In this document: positions 9,023-18,551 of the stretch, one piece after another
Position numbering within the stretch: the stretch's first letter is position 1
Layout: every line of letters begins with the position of its first letter
Assembly (NCBI GenBank): GCA_019056805.1
Contig: DXJG01000007.1
Span: forward strand, 1 to 32,000
Source: Candidatus Baldrarchaeota archaeon
GTDB taxonomy: Archaea > Asgardarchaeota > Baldrarchaeia > Baldrarchaeales > DXJG01
Reading direction: 5' to 3'
Length of the DNA stretch: 32,000 bases
Translations under genes and position numbers: made by a program
Notes under the pieces: model-generated
Seen by the model: only the letters and a program-made list of their open reading frames with translations
Told to the model about the DNA's origin: nothing
Database searches by the model: none

Positions 9023-11185
9023 ATGAATGAAATATTAATTTCAGCTGTTTTGATCCTTTTACCTAATATTTTAATAGCTTTGATTGTCCTTTTGATGAGA
9101 TATACTCGTTTTAAAGAAATTGCATTGCGTACAGGAATAGCCTTCTCTGCGTTTTGGCTAATATATTGTATTGGCTCAAGTATAGTTTTCAATTTGATCG
9201 GAGTTGAACCGAACTTAGTTTATTCTTCCCGAGATTTTTCAATATCAAACTTAAAGACTCTTGCAACTTATGTAGTATCTCTAGCAATATACTCTCTCAC
9301 TTTGACAATCACTTACCCGGTTTTCATGTTCCCATTTGTTTTCTTCCTTGCTCCTATAATAGCCGTTTTAATTCTACTTTACGCCGTTAGAGGAAGAGGA
9401 ATAAAAGAAATAACTTTTTGGATCGATTTAAAACCCAAAAGATTGATGGGGTGGGATGAAGAAAAAGAGGTTTTGAAACTTTTAATAGCTCTTCTACCTG
9501 TTTCTCTATATTTCTTAACATCATTACTACGAATATTGAAATACGAGGAAGATCCGCTTTCGGTTGGTAGTACCTTGTTGGGCTGGGTACTTGAAATTTA
9601 TATGCTTTTTCTTTTATCTTTCATAGTGGCGGTGAATCTTCTTTATACTTCTCGTGTTTATCACGGAAACAGGTTTGTAGGTGAAACTATTAGAAGAAAT
9701 ACCTTCAATAATCTCTTATCTATAAGTATTGTGCTTTCGTCCGTAAGTCTTATACTTTTTGTACAAATTTTCAAGGGAATCATCTACGTTTTCATATACT
9801 TCTCACTATATTACATTGCGATAACTATTATTTTCCTTTCATTCTTCAAAGTAATGGAACCAACTTCCGTGTATATCTTTGCTAAAATTCTAACTTTTAT
9901 GAGAGATGAAAATAAATTCCAAAGAATATTTGAAAAAAGAACGCTTGTACTAGGCATTATAGTTGGTATAGTGGTTACTTTAGCTTCTCTTTTCTGCACA
10001 TACGCTTTTATATCGGTTTATTGGAGCTACGTGAATATAGATCTAGATGCCCTTTTAGGTGAATGTTCTTTAGATAGCAGCCCCTCCCTGGAAATTTTGG
10101 AAATTTTAAACATACTTATTTCTTTAGGATCTTTACAAAGATTTTTTGAAATAGCAATTATAATGTTTCTTATCTATGCGCTCAGAAATATGGTTAAAAT
10201 AAAATTTTTCATAGCTGGCATATATGTAGGCATATTTAAGGTATTTGCTGACTATCCCCTTTTACAGCGCGCAACTAAAGCTTGGACTACAACTGTATTT
10301 TCAAGTGCGAACATTGGTTTCGTCAACATTTTAGTTCCAAGGTTTGCCTATCTAGGATTGACAACTTCTTATCTGGGTTCATCTGTCTATCAATTTATAG
10401 TCATACCTATACTTCTCCTTAAACTTTTAGCAACACTCTTAGTTTTTACTGTTTTAGTTTACTTAAAATTTGGTAAACTTGTTCAGTTTATCGATGTTGA
10501 AGCTGGACATCAAATAAAATATATATGTGAAGTTGAACCTGACTATATTACTCCTAACTCGTTGATAAAACTGAAAATAGCAAAAATATTTGAAGAAAAA
10601 ATTCCAGAAGATCTTTTACAGATCGTAGAATTCTTTAAGACAAAAACATACACTTTTCAAGAATTAAAAGAAAAATTAGGCATGCCTGATGAAAAATTAA
10701 AGAAAATTCTCCGATATCTGCATGAAAATTACATTATTGACATTTACGACTGCGAATTTAAAATAGTTACACCAGCACCAGTGATAGAAGGAATATATAT
10801 TGTGAATACAGACGGTATAGCTCTGTACAGTAAGTCATTTGGTGAAGTAAAAGTCGAACCTTTATTGATTTCAGGTATGCTTTCAGCAATAACTAGCTTC
10901 GTTAAAGAAACAACAAGAAGTCAACAATATTTGCAAGCTATTGATCACGGTGATGTCGTTCTCATGATAGAATATGGAGATGGATTTTTCGTCACCCTTT
11001 TGGCGAACAGAGAAACCCCTGAAATTCGTATGAAATTAAGGGAATTTGTTAGGCGATTCCAAGAAAAATACGGTGAAATTCTCAAACGATGGAGTGGAGA
11101 TCCCGGTGAATTTGAAAATGTTGAAAAATTAGTCAATGAAGTTTTTGAAATCACATCTACTAGTGAAGAAATAACCACTACCTAG
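9023..11185 (+). CDS. Polytopic membrane protein (~12 TM) with cytoplasmic winged-helix and C-terminal longin/roadblock-like domain
   Basis: About 480 aa of closely spaced hydrophobic helices, then LLQIVEFFKTKTYTFQELKEKLGMPDEKLKKILRYLHENYIID (wHTH pattern), then IEGIYIVNTDGIALYS...LISGMLSAITSFVKE...IDHGDVVLMIEYG...LREFVRRFQEKY...WSGD, the pattern of Asgard longin-like domains. Confidence 0.8.
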   Translation: MNEILISAVLILLPNILIALIVLLMRYTRFKEIALRTGIAFSAFWLIYCIGSSIVFNLIGVEPNLVYSSRDFSISNLKTLATYVVSLAIYSLTLTITYPVFMFPFVFFLAPIIAVLILLYAVRGRGIKEITFWIDLKPKRLMGWDEEKEVLKLLIALLPVSLYFLTSLLRILKYEEDPLSVGSTLLGWVLEIYMLFLLSFIVAVNLLYTSRVYHGNRFVGETIRRNTFNNLLSISIVLSSVSLILFVQIFKGIIYVFIYFSLYYIAITIIFLSFFKVMEPTSVYIFAKILTFMRDENKFQRIFEKRTLVLGIIVGIVVTLASLFCTYAFISVYWSYVNIDLDALLGECSLDSSPSLEILEILNILISLGSLQRFFEIAIIMFLIYALRNMVKIKFFIAGIYVGIFKVFADYPLLQRATKAWTTTVFSSANIGFVNILVPRFAYLGLTTSYLGSSVYQFIVIPILLLKLLATLLVFTVLVYLKFGKLVQFIDVEAGHQIKYICEVEPDYITPNSLIKLKIAKIFEEKIPEDLLQIVEFFKTKTYTFQELKEKLGMPDEKLKKILRYLHENYIIDIYDCEFKIVTPAPVIEGIYIVNTDGIALYSKSFGEVKVEPLLISGMLSAITSFVKETTRSQQYLQAIDHGDVVLMIEYGDGFFVTLLANRETPEIRMKLREFVRRFQEKYGEILKRWSGDPGEFENVEKLVNEVFEITSTSEEITTT

Positions 11186-11251
11186 CTTAAATCAACACAT
11201 ATTATTTTGTTAAGTTTTTGTAGAAATTTGGTGTCATCTTATTTCAAAAGA

Positions 11252-11258
11252 TTTATAA
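11252..11258 (+). promoter_or_regulatory. TATA box of the DEAD-box helicase gene
   Basis: CAAAAGA-TTTATAA about 70 nt upstream of TTG 11325. Confidence 0.5.
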
Positions 11259-11324
11259 GACATTTGAAGGATGTTGATTCCTCTCCTTTTGTTAAAAGGC
11301 GAGAAAATTTGGAGTTGAGGCATT

Positions 11325-12455
11325 TTGGGTTTTAAAGAATTAAATATTGGAGACAATGTTCTATCAGCAATTTACACGATGGGCTATGAAGAACCATCAC
11401 CTATACAAAAAGAGACAATACCATTGATTTTATCTGGAAGAGACGTAATAGGACAGGCGAGGAGTGGAAGTGGAAAAACAGCGGCTTTCGGTATACCTTT
11501 AGTAGAAATGACAGACCTAGCGGATCATAATGTTCAAGCTTTAATACTTACACCAACAAGAGAACTGGCAGAGCAAGTATCGAGGGAAATAGCTAACATC
11601 GGAAGAAAAAGAAGAGTAAAAGTATATGCCATTTATGGTGGCGTACCCATTGGACCTCAAATGGAAAAATTACGGAGAGGAATACATATACTTGTTGGGA
11701 CTCCTGGACGTTTACTTGATCATTTACGGAGAAGGACATTAAATCTTCGAAATGTTAGAGTGGTTGTTTTAGATGAGGCTGATAGAATGCTTGATATGGG
11801 CTTTATAGACGATATTTCAACAATTCTTTTCCATGCAAAAAACAGAAAACAAACGTTATTATTTTCTGCGACTATGCCTTACGAGGTAATAGAATTATCA
11901 AGAAAGTATATGAAGAACCCTATAGCTGTAAAAATTTCTCGAGACGAGTTAATTGTTGAACATATAGACCAATATTATGTTGAGACAAGTCGAAAAAATA
12001 AGTTAGAAGTTTTAATGAGAATCTTAGATGAACATCATGGGAAGAAGATCATGGTTTTCTGTGCAACAAAGAGAAAGACAACGCATGTCGCTTGGAAACT
12101 GAGAAAATCAAGATACTCTACACTTTGTTTGAATGGAGATATGACTCAAGGTCAAAGAAACTGGTCAATGGCAGTCTTTAGAGAACCAGGTAGCAAAATA
12201 CTTGTAGCGACCGACGTAGCTTCCAGAGGAATAGATGTACCCACGACAGATTTGGTGATAAACTTCGATATTCCAAGGAATTTGAAAGATTATGTTCATA
12301 GAATAGGTCGAGCAGGAAGATTTGACAGAAGAGGAAAATCTATAACACTAATAACACAAGAAGATCACTCATTCTTAAGAAGAATACTTAGATCTAACAA
12401 AATGGAAAAATACTATTTCAGCGGTAAACGTAAATTTGATAAACGTAGATTTTAA
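11325..12455 (+). CDS. DEAD-box ATP-dependent RNA helicase (CshA/DeaD-like core)
   Basis: Q motif GYEEPSPIQ, SGSGKT, PTRELA, GG, TPGR, DEAD, SAT, RGID, HRIGRAGR. TTG start with SD GGAG/GAGG. Confidence 0.96.
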   Translation: MGFKELNIGDNVLSAIYTMGYEEPSPIQKETIPLILSGRDVIGQARSGSGKTAAFGIPLVEMTDLADHNVQALILTPTRELAEQVSREIANIGRKRRVKVYAIYGGVPIGPQMEKLRRGIHILVGTPGRLLDHLRRRTLNLRNVRVVVLDEADRMLDMGFIDDISTILFHAKNRKQTLLFSATMPYEVIELSRKYMKNPIAVKISRDELIVEHIDQYYVETSRKNKLEVLMRILDEHHGKKIMVFCATKRKTTHVAWKLRKSRYSTLCLNGDMTQGQRNWSMAVFREPGSKILVATDVASRGIDVPTTDLVINFDIPRNLKDYVHRIGRAGRFDRRGKSITLITQEDHSFLRRILRSNKMEKYYFSGKRKFDKRRF

Positions 12456-12772
12456 ACACGTATTTTCGCTTAATTTTAGCCATGCGAAGGGTAGATCGTG
12501 AAGAACTATCCTTTGTATTTTAGCTAAACTTTATTTTATAATTTGGTGGAGATGACACATTTTTAATTTAAATGCAACCATATTTTGTCTTTGTGATTAA
12601 AAATGGGTAATTTGGTATTCTTAACATATTTGGTAAGACGAAAGAAATTGAAGATTCTGTAACTTTTACATTGTGATATTTAAGAAAGTCGCAATTTTAT
12701 CAAAAAATTTAAGTATTATCGCATTAAAATTTTTATGCATCTCCAGATATTTAGTTCTTGGAGATGTGAGAC

Positions 12773-15700
12773 GTGTTTCACCCTGATTTTAACAAGAAGG
12801 CTTCTCCAACAACTAAATTAATATCTATGCTTCTGCTTTTAGCTCTTCTCTTAACCTACTGCTACTATCCAGCGACATTGTTTACGAATACAAACTATCC
12901 GCAAACTACCTCCCTACTAATTTATAGAGACAATGAAACCACTGATAGCTTGACAAAGGTATCTTACGATGACGAAAATTTACAAGAATGGTTAAGTTCA
13001 CTTAGAAGCTTAGAGGTTCCAGCAGGATCTCCAATGGATATTTATCCCGTTAGGGAGAGCATAGCTGTTGATTTATGGCCGGGAATCTATTTTCCGGAGG
13101 ATGTTGAAATTTATAAGCCTCTTATAGAGGATCTTCATGCTCAAGGAATAAAATATATGATTTATAGGAATTTTTACATGGTTACTGATGTAAACTACAC
13201 TTACCTATGTGAGTATTATCCTGGTTTCAATGCATCGAATGCTGGTTTTATAGATTTAGATGGAAACCCGTATATAGTAGATTATGATCCCTACGGTACA
13301 CCAATATTTAGAGCTTCAACAAATAGACCTTATTGGCAAAGTTTTCTCATAAATTCAACGAAATTAGCTATCGATGCTGGTGTAGATGCTGTTGTTTTTG
13401 ATGTTGGATTTGGACATTATCCTCCAAATGAGTTAAATTTTGATCCAGATAGCATTAAAGATTTTAGAGAATACCTAGCAGAAAAATATACTTCAGAAGA
13501 ATTGGCTTCAAAATTTAATATTTCTGACATTTCTACATTCGATTTTGGGCAGTATCTTAGAGATCTAGGATATAATGCTAGTAGTTTAAGGGAAGCTTTA
13601 ACGCAAGGAACATCATTGGGATACTATGCTGATTTGTTATGGTCGGAGTGGTGTGAATTTCATCTTAAAGTTTTGGTGGAGTTTTATAAGAGACTTTATA
13701 CCGAGGTAAAAGAATATGCTCAAAGTAAAGGACGAGATTTCTATGTTTTCTCCAATATTTATCATGGTCTTGATCCCCAGTACAATATACTCTATTTGAT
13801 TAATTATGTGGATGGTATCTATGCAGAAATTTTCTTTGATGATTTACAGTATCCAAATAGAACTCCAGCAACAGTTTATAAGGTAGCTTATAGTTTAGGG
13901 AAACATTATATCCCTATGACTTCTCCATCCAACGATTCGGAACTATATCCATTATATATTGCAGAGCTTTTTGCATGTGGCAGCTGGACGGGTGGAGCAG
14001 GAAACTATACTCCATATTTCCTTTTTGTTAACTCGCATCCTGAACTATTCAGTAAGGAACAGGACGGTGAAATAGGACTTGTTTACTCTTTAGCTTCAAG
14101 TGAAAACTATAGTTCATTTGAGGGTGCCTTTTACCTTCTCTCTGATACCCAGCGTAGTTTTGATGTTATTGTTTTTGGAGATAATAAGTGGTTTAATGAA
14201 AGCTTGACATTAAATGACTTGTTAAAGTATAGAGCAATTTTACTACCTAATACTGGTTATCTTACAGATGAACAAGTTGAATTGCTTCTGAACTATGCTG
14301 AACAAGGTGGTATTCTAATAGGCATTGGAAGTGTTGGAACACGAAATGAAACCGGGGAAATTGTCAACTCAGAGACTCGAACAACGTTTATCAGCCTTTT
14401 TAATGGTAGCATAGTTTCTTATGGAAGTGGAACAGTTATTTCATGGACCAGTGATATAGCTTTACAGTACTTATTGCAGAGAAATACAACACTTTTAGAA
14501 GAATTTGAAAATAGATTAAGTGAAGTGTTTTCTCCCGAAATCATAACAAGCTTTACCCACAATACCACTATATTTCAATACTGGGATCCTGAATCTAATG
14601 CTATGATCTTTCATTTCTTAAATCGTGAATATGACTCCAAAAACGATGTAATAACACCTCAACACGATGTGAGCTTTAAGTTTACTTTAAGACCTGAATT
14701 GGACGGTCTTCCTCTTGAAATAAGATTTTATTCACCGAATGACTATTTCGAAGGAATAGAGTTGACTTACAGCTCAGATCCTAATGGATATGTGGAAGTA
14801 ACAATTCCGAAAGTACATATATGGGGTATTTTGCGTGTGGAAGCTAAGAAAAAAGCAGTACAAGAAGATTTAGTAATTAACAGTCCAACCGTGCTTAAGG
14901 ATCAAGTTATAGTTTTGAACGGTAACCTATTAGTTAACTCAAAGTTGACATTGGAGAATGTTATTTTAAAGATGAATAGTTCCCTTGACAGGGTGTTTCG
15001 AATAGAAGTTTATGAAGGAGGAGAACTTGTTATCAAAGACTCTGTCATTACTGCGTATGATCCAAAGTATCACTATTATGTTAAGGTGAATAAGGGCAGT
15101 CGGTTCTATATGGAGAATAGTGAGTTAAGCCATGCTGGTGTTTGGGGACCTATGTATGCTGGAGGGCTGTGGATAAACACGGATGATGTCATAATCTTAA
15201 ACTGTACAATACATAGTAATTATGACTATGGAATACATGTATATAATGCTTCATACGTCGAGATAATAAACTGTAAAATTTACGGCAACAATATAGGAAT
15301 ATACTTGCTCAATTCATCTTTCGTAACCATCTCTAAATGTAACATTTACGATAATTCAATTGGTATCTACGAAAAGGGAAGCTACTATTCTACAATCAAA
15401 CACAGTCATATCTCAAATAATTTATACTGGGGAATAACAATTTGGGACTCTCTATTCCCATTAATATCTGATAGTACCATTCATGATAGTGTCCATGATG
15501 GAATTATCATTTGGTACTCGTTTTTCGCAAAAATTTACAACTGCAAAGCTTACAGTAATGAAAATGGTTTTAACATACGATACACGCCTTTAGTGACAGT
15601 TTCAAGTAGCGAAGTGTATAACAATGAGGAGGCAGGCTTGTTTTTCTTCCATGTTGAGCTTCTGTATGGTCATCCGTTGGCAATTCTTGATTCTCTTGGC

Positions 15701-17095
15701 ACTATAGTTGCTAACAGTTTTTACAATAACACATATGGCATATACATGTTGGAAAGTGAAAAAACTAAGATTGAAGCTTGCAATATACTTGATAACACGT
15801 GGGGAATATATGTTGAAGGAACTACTCAATGCACTTTCATTTTCCGTTCAAACTTCATTGATAACACCGATCACATTTATGTTGATGAAAAGGCTCAAGG
15901 AAAAATTCAATTTGACAACATAACAATTGGAAACTACTGGGATGACCACAGTGGAGAAGATGCTGATGGTGATGGTATTATTGATACACCTTATACTATT
16001 AACTCGGTAGATAAAGACTATAAGCCGCTAGCTAATCCAGTTACTATCGTAAAAATAGAAGATATATATGGGCCTATGATCACGGACATTCAAGTCGTGA
16101 AAGAAGAGGGAAATGAAAATTACAATTTAACAATATCTGTTAATGTCACTGATGATTCTTGGTTAAGTTGGGTTTTAATGAACGGAACAATACATAATTT
16201 GCCGGGTGGAGAAAACTATCCTTTGATGCGTATAATGGTATATTTCTACGATCCCTTTGCTACTATCTTAGGCTATGATAGGTCAAACTTCAATCTTCTT
16301 CCATCAGAAGGATATCCTCTCAAAACATGTACAGCTTCAACTCAGTTCACTTTTCCTCTTAGCTATAAGCCTCATTTCAAGATTTTTGCTGTGGATACCT
16401 ATGGGAACTGGGCTGAAAATGACTCTACAACTCCTCATATAACTGGTATATTTTGGGATCCAAGTAGTCCTGAATATGATGAAGAGGTAACTGTGTTTGT
16501 TCATGTATTTGATCAAAGCAGGATATCTGAATGTTTACTAAGTTACTTTAATGGAACAGAGTGGAATAACGTTTCAATGATATATAATGAGGAAACAAAT
16601 GCAATGGTTGGAAGCATTCCAAAACAACCATATGGAGTTACAGTAGAATTCAAGGTAATTGTTAAAGATACTATGAACAATATAGCTGTAAGTGCAACTT
16701 ATTCTTACACTGTTAAAGATACTACTCCGCCAATATTGAGAATAATTCAGCCAAGTGGCGGAGAAACAATTTCTAATGATGTTAATGTTACTTGGGAGTC
16801 CTATGATGAAGGTTCGGGGTTAAAAGAATTCAAAATTTATTTAAATGGAACATTAAAAGCTACTTTGCCCCCTACAACATCCTGTTATCTTCTATCTAAC
16901 TTAACACCAGGTTCTTACAATGTTACAGTTGAAGCTGTGGATAATGCTGGCAACCGTGCAACTGCATCAATAGTTTTCAAGTATGTCTCTGAAGAAGGTG
17001 GATTACCTAACTCTCTCATACTCATGGGAGGAACAATAGCCGGTGTTGTAATTATAGTTACAGTGTTTTTAATGAGAAAGAAACTAAAAGATTGA
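12773..17095 (+). CDS. Membrane-anchored multidomain carbohydrate-active protein: GH-like TIM barrel + beta-galactosidase-trimerisation-like domain + right-handed beta-helix (NosD/PbH1) + Ig/FN3 domains
   Basis: N-terminal hydrophobic signal; NRPYWQSFLINSTKLAIDAGVDAVVFD and DGIYAE (TIM barrel); FDVI...KYRAILLPNTGYLTDEQVELLLNYAEQGGILIGIG (GATase-like trimerisation domain); many GIY/NNxxGI repeats; GNYWDD..DADGDGIIDTPY; DTTPP...YNVTVEAVDNAGN (FN3/Ig); C-terminal TM plus RKKLK. Confidence 0.8.
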   Translation: MFHPDFNKKASPTTKLISMLLLLALLLTYCYYPATLFTNTNYPQTTSLLIYRDNETTDSLTKVSYDDENLQEWLSSLRSLEVPAGSPMDIYPVRESIAVDLWPGIYFPEDVEIYKPLIEDLHAQGIKYMIYRNFYMVTDVNYTYLCEYYPGFNASNAGFIDLDGNPYIVDYDPYGTPIFRASTNRPYWQSFLINSTKLAIDAGVDAVVFDVGFGHYPPNELNFDPDSIKDFREYLAEKYTSEELASKFNISDISTFDFGQYLRDLGYNASSLREALTQGTSLGYYADLLWSEWCEFHLKVLVEFYKRLYTEVKEYAQSKGRDFYVFSNIYHGLDPQYNILYLINYVDGIYAEIFFDDLQYPNRTPATVYKVAYSLGKHYIPMTSPSNDSELYPLYIAELFACGSWTGGAGNYTPYFLFVNSHPELFSKEQDGEIGLVYSLASSENYSSFEGAFYLLSDTQRSFDVIVFGDNKWFNESLTLNDLLKYRAILLPNTGYLTDEQVELLLNYAEQGGILIGIGSVGTRNETGEIVNSETRTTFISLFNGSIVSYGSGTVISWTSDIALQYLLQRNTTLLEEFENRLSEVFSPEIITSFTHNTTIFQYWDPESNAMIFHFLNREYDSKNDVITPQHDVSFKFTLRPELDGLPLEIRFYSPNDYFEGIELTYSSDPNGYVEVTIPKVHIWGILRVEAKKKAVQEDLVINSPTVLKDQVIVLNGNLLVNSKLTLENVILKMNSSLDRVFRIEVYEGGELVIKDSVITAYDPKYHYYVKVNKGSRFYMENSELSHAGVWGPMYAGGLWINTDDVIILNCTIHSNYDYGIHVYNASYVEIINCKIYGNNIGIYLLNSSFVTISKCNIYDNSIGIYEKGSYYSTIKHSHISNNLYWGITIWDSLFPLISDSTIHDSVHDGIIIWYSFFAKIYNCKAYSNENGFNIRYTPLVTVSSSEVYNNEEAGLFFFHVELLYGHPLAILDSLGTIVANSFYNNTYGIYMLESEKTKIEACNILDNTWGIYVEGTTQCTFIFRSNFIDNTDHIYVDEKAQGKIQFDNITIGNYWDDHSGEDADGDGIIDTPYTINSVDKDYKPLANPVTIVKIEDIYGPMITDIQVVKEEGNENYNLTISVNVTDDSWLSWVLMNGTIHNLPGGENYPLMRIMVYFYDPFATILGYDRSNFNLLPSEGYPLKTCTASTQFTFPLSYKPHFKIFAVDTYGNWAENDSTTPHITGIFWDPSSPEYDEEVTVFVHVFDQSRISECLLSYFNGTEWNNVSMIYNEETNAMVGSIPKQPYGVTVEFKVIVKDTMNNIAVSATYSYTVKDTTPPILRIIQPSGGETISNDVNVTWESYDEGSGLKEFKIYLNGTLKATLPPTTSCYLLSNLTPGSYNVTVEAVDNAGNRATASIVFKYVSEEGGLPNSLILMGGTIAGVVIIVTVFLMRKKLKD

Positions 17096-17251
17096 TCGTC
17101 ATGCGAAATAAAAGAAACATTTGTGTGAACTGTGTTAGATGTAAGTATTTAGAATTTGTAACGATTTTAGGTAATGGATTAAACGCCTTTATAATCATAA
17201 ATAAGATAAAACTCAGATGAAGCTACTTATAGGGGACAGGAATTGGAGATG

Positions 17252-17259
17252 TTTAAATA
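17252..17259 (+). promoter_or_regulatory. TATA box of paralogue 1 (equivalent boxes at 18643-18650 and 20160-20167 precede paralogues 2 and 3)
   Basis: TTTAAATA, CTTAAATA and TTTAAATA lie about 40-70 nt upstream of the three starts. Confidence 0.45.
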
Positions 17260-17324
17260 TCGTTGCACTACAGTAAGTATGCTGTCACAGAGCTTAATTT
17301 GAAGAAGTTTATTGGTGGTGTAGA

Positions 17325-18551
17325 TTGCAGTTTGGAGCTTTCTTTGGTATTTGGCTGATTTTCTTAATATTTATATTTATGCTAGCTGCTGAAGAAAGTC
17401 AAAGGAGAAAAGAAACTTTTCAGAAAATATATTCATGGTTAAAACAGAAATCTAAAAAGATATATTATGAAAAAGGCGGCTTTTTGAAAAGACCTAGAAT
17501 TATTGCAGAATTGAAACCAGAAATGGAATTGGAACGAGTTGAAGTTACAACATTTACTGTTCACCACGGGTATTATACAGGTACACATTACGCTTCACAT
17601 GCAAGAACTTATCTTAGAATCTTGGGTACGAGTGAGGAAGGTACTTTTGTAAACATCACTATAAGAGATGAAGGTCTTTTTGATAAACTTGCTATAGGGC
17701 TAGGACTTACAAAAGATATAGATTCAGGAGACCCCATATTTGATCAAACACATAGAATTAAAAGTGGAACACCTGAAATCGCCCTTAAACTCCTAAAGGA
17801 TAAACAATTTAGAGATTATGTATCAATGATTCGTGATTTAAGGAAGTTTGAAATTAGAGGAGGAAAACATTTACATTTTATAGTTGAGTGTAATTATGAC
17901 GTTTCATCTGCTGTGAATGCTATTTTAGCTATGGAAAGAACTGCAGAAGTTTTAGCGCCAGAGATTGAAAGAAAACCAGTAAAGGTTGAAAAAGCAAGAC
18001 CCGTAACCCCGAAAGTAGAGCCTCGCAGAGCCGTAAGTTCCGAGGTAACGTTGAAATTGAAGAAAGAGTTTGAAAAATTGTCAATTTCTGTTTCTAAATT
18101 AGAATTTAAACCTTCAGAAGAAAACTTCACTAGGGTGATCATTACACCTTTACTAGGCGAATTCGATTACGTGCAATATGAAATCACTGAAAAATTGAAG
18201 GTAAGAGCTTTGGATAATCTTGAGAAACCTGCAAGTAAAACAATTACGATTCAGATATACCCCAAAGATATGAAAACAACCTCAACTCAAAAACCTACCT
18301 CTATTGAGGAAATCAAGACATTATTTGATATTAGGTGTGAGGATCAAGAAGTTTTAAGAAGAATTTCCGAAGCATACATACTTTTTGAAGTATTAAGCGA
18401 GATTAAAGAATTGTCTAACTTCAATGTAAAACTGCAAGGCCAAACAATGGAAATATACTTAGAATGTGGCTTAAATCCAGAGAATATTAGGAGAGCTTAT
18501 GAAGTAATCAGAGAAGCTGCATGGTGGACAAAATTCTATATACTAATTTAA
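17325..18551 (+). CDS. N-terminally membrane-anchored hypothetical protein, tandem paralogue 1 (two-domain)
   Basis: TTG start with SD GGTGGTG, single N-terminal TM, clear colinear similarity to 18714-19946 (GDPxFD, ECNYD, FDIRCEDQEVL). Confidence 0.85.
   Translation: MQFGAFFGIWLIFLIFIFMLAAEESQRRKETFQKIYSWLKQKSKKIYYEKGGFLKRPRIIAELKPEMELERVEVTTFTVHHGYYTGTHYASHARTYLRILGTSEEGTFVNITIRDEGLFDKLAIGLGLTKDIDSGDPIFDQTHRIKSGTPEIALKLLKDKQFRDYVSMIRDLRKFEIRGGKHLHFIVECNYDVSSAVNAILAMERTAEVLAPEIERKPVKVEKARPVTPKVEPRRAVSSEVTLKLKKEFEKLSISVSKLEFKPSEENFTRVIITPLLGEFDYVQYEITEKLKVRALDNLEKPASKTITIQIYPKDMKTTSTQKPTSIEEIKTLFDIRCEDQEVLRRISEAYILFEVLSEIKELSNFNVKLQGQTMEIYLECGLNPENIRRAYEVIREAAWWTKFYILI

Noticed and set aside
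8989-11178. ORFs 8989-9192, 9811-9999, 10945-11178 (-)
   Set aside because: Antisense shadows of the membrane-longin gene.
12487-12514. Imperfect inverted repeat AAGGGTAG...CTATCCCTT after the helicase
   Set aside because: Bulged stem with an 11-nt loop and no supporting context; within chance.
15602-18142. ORFs 15602-15829, 15708-15923, 17894-18142 (-)
   Set aside because: Antisense to long, well-supported genes.
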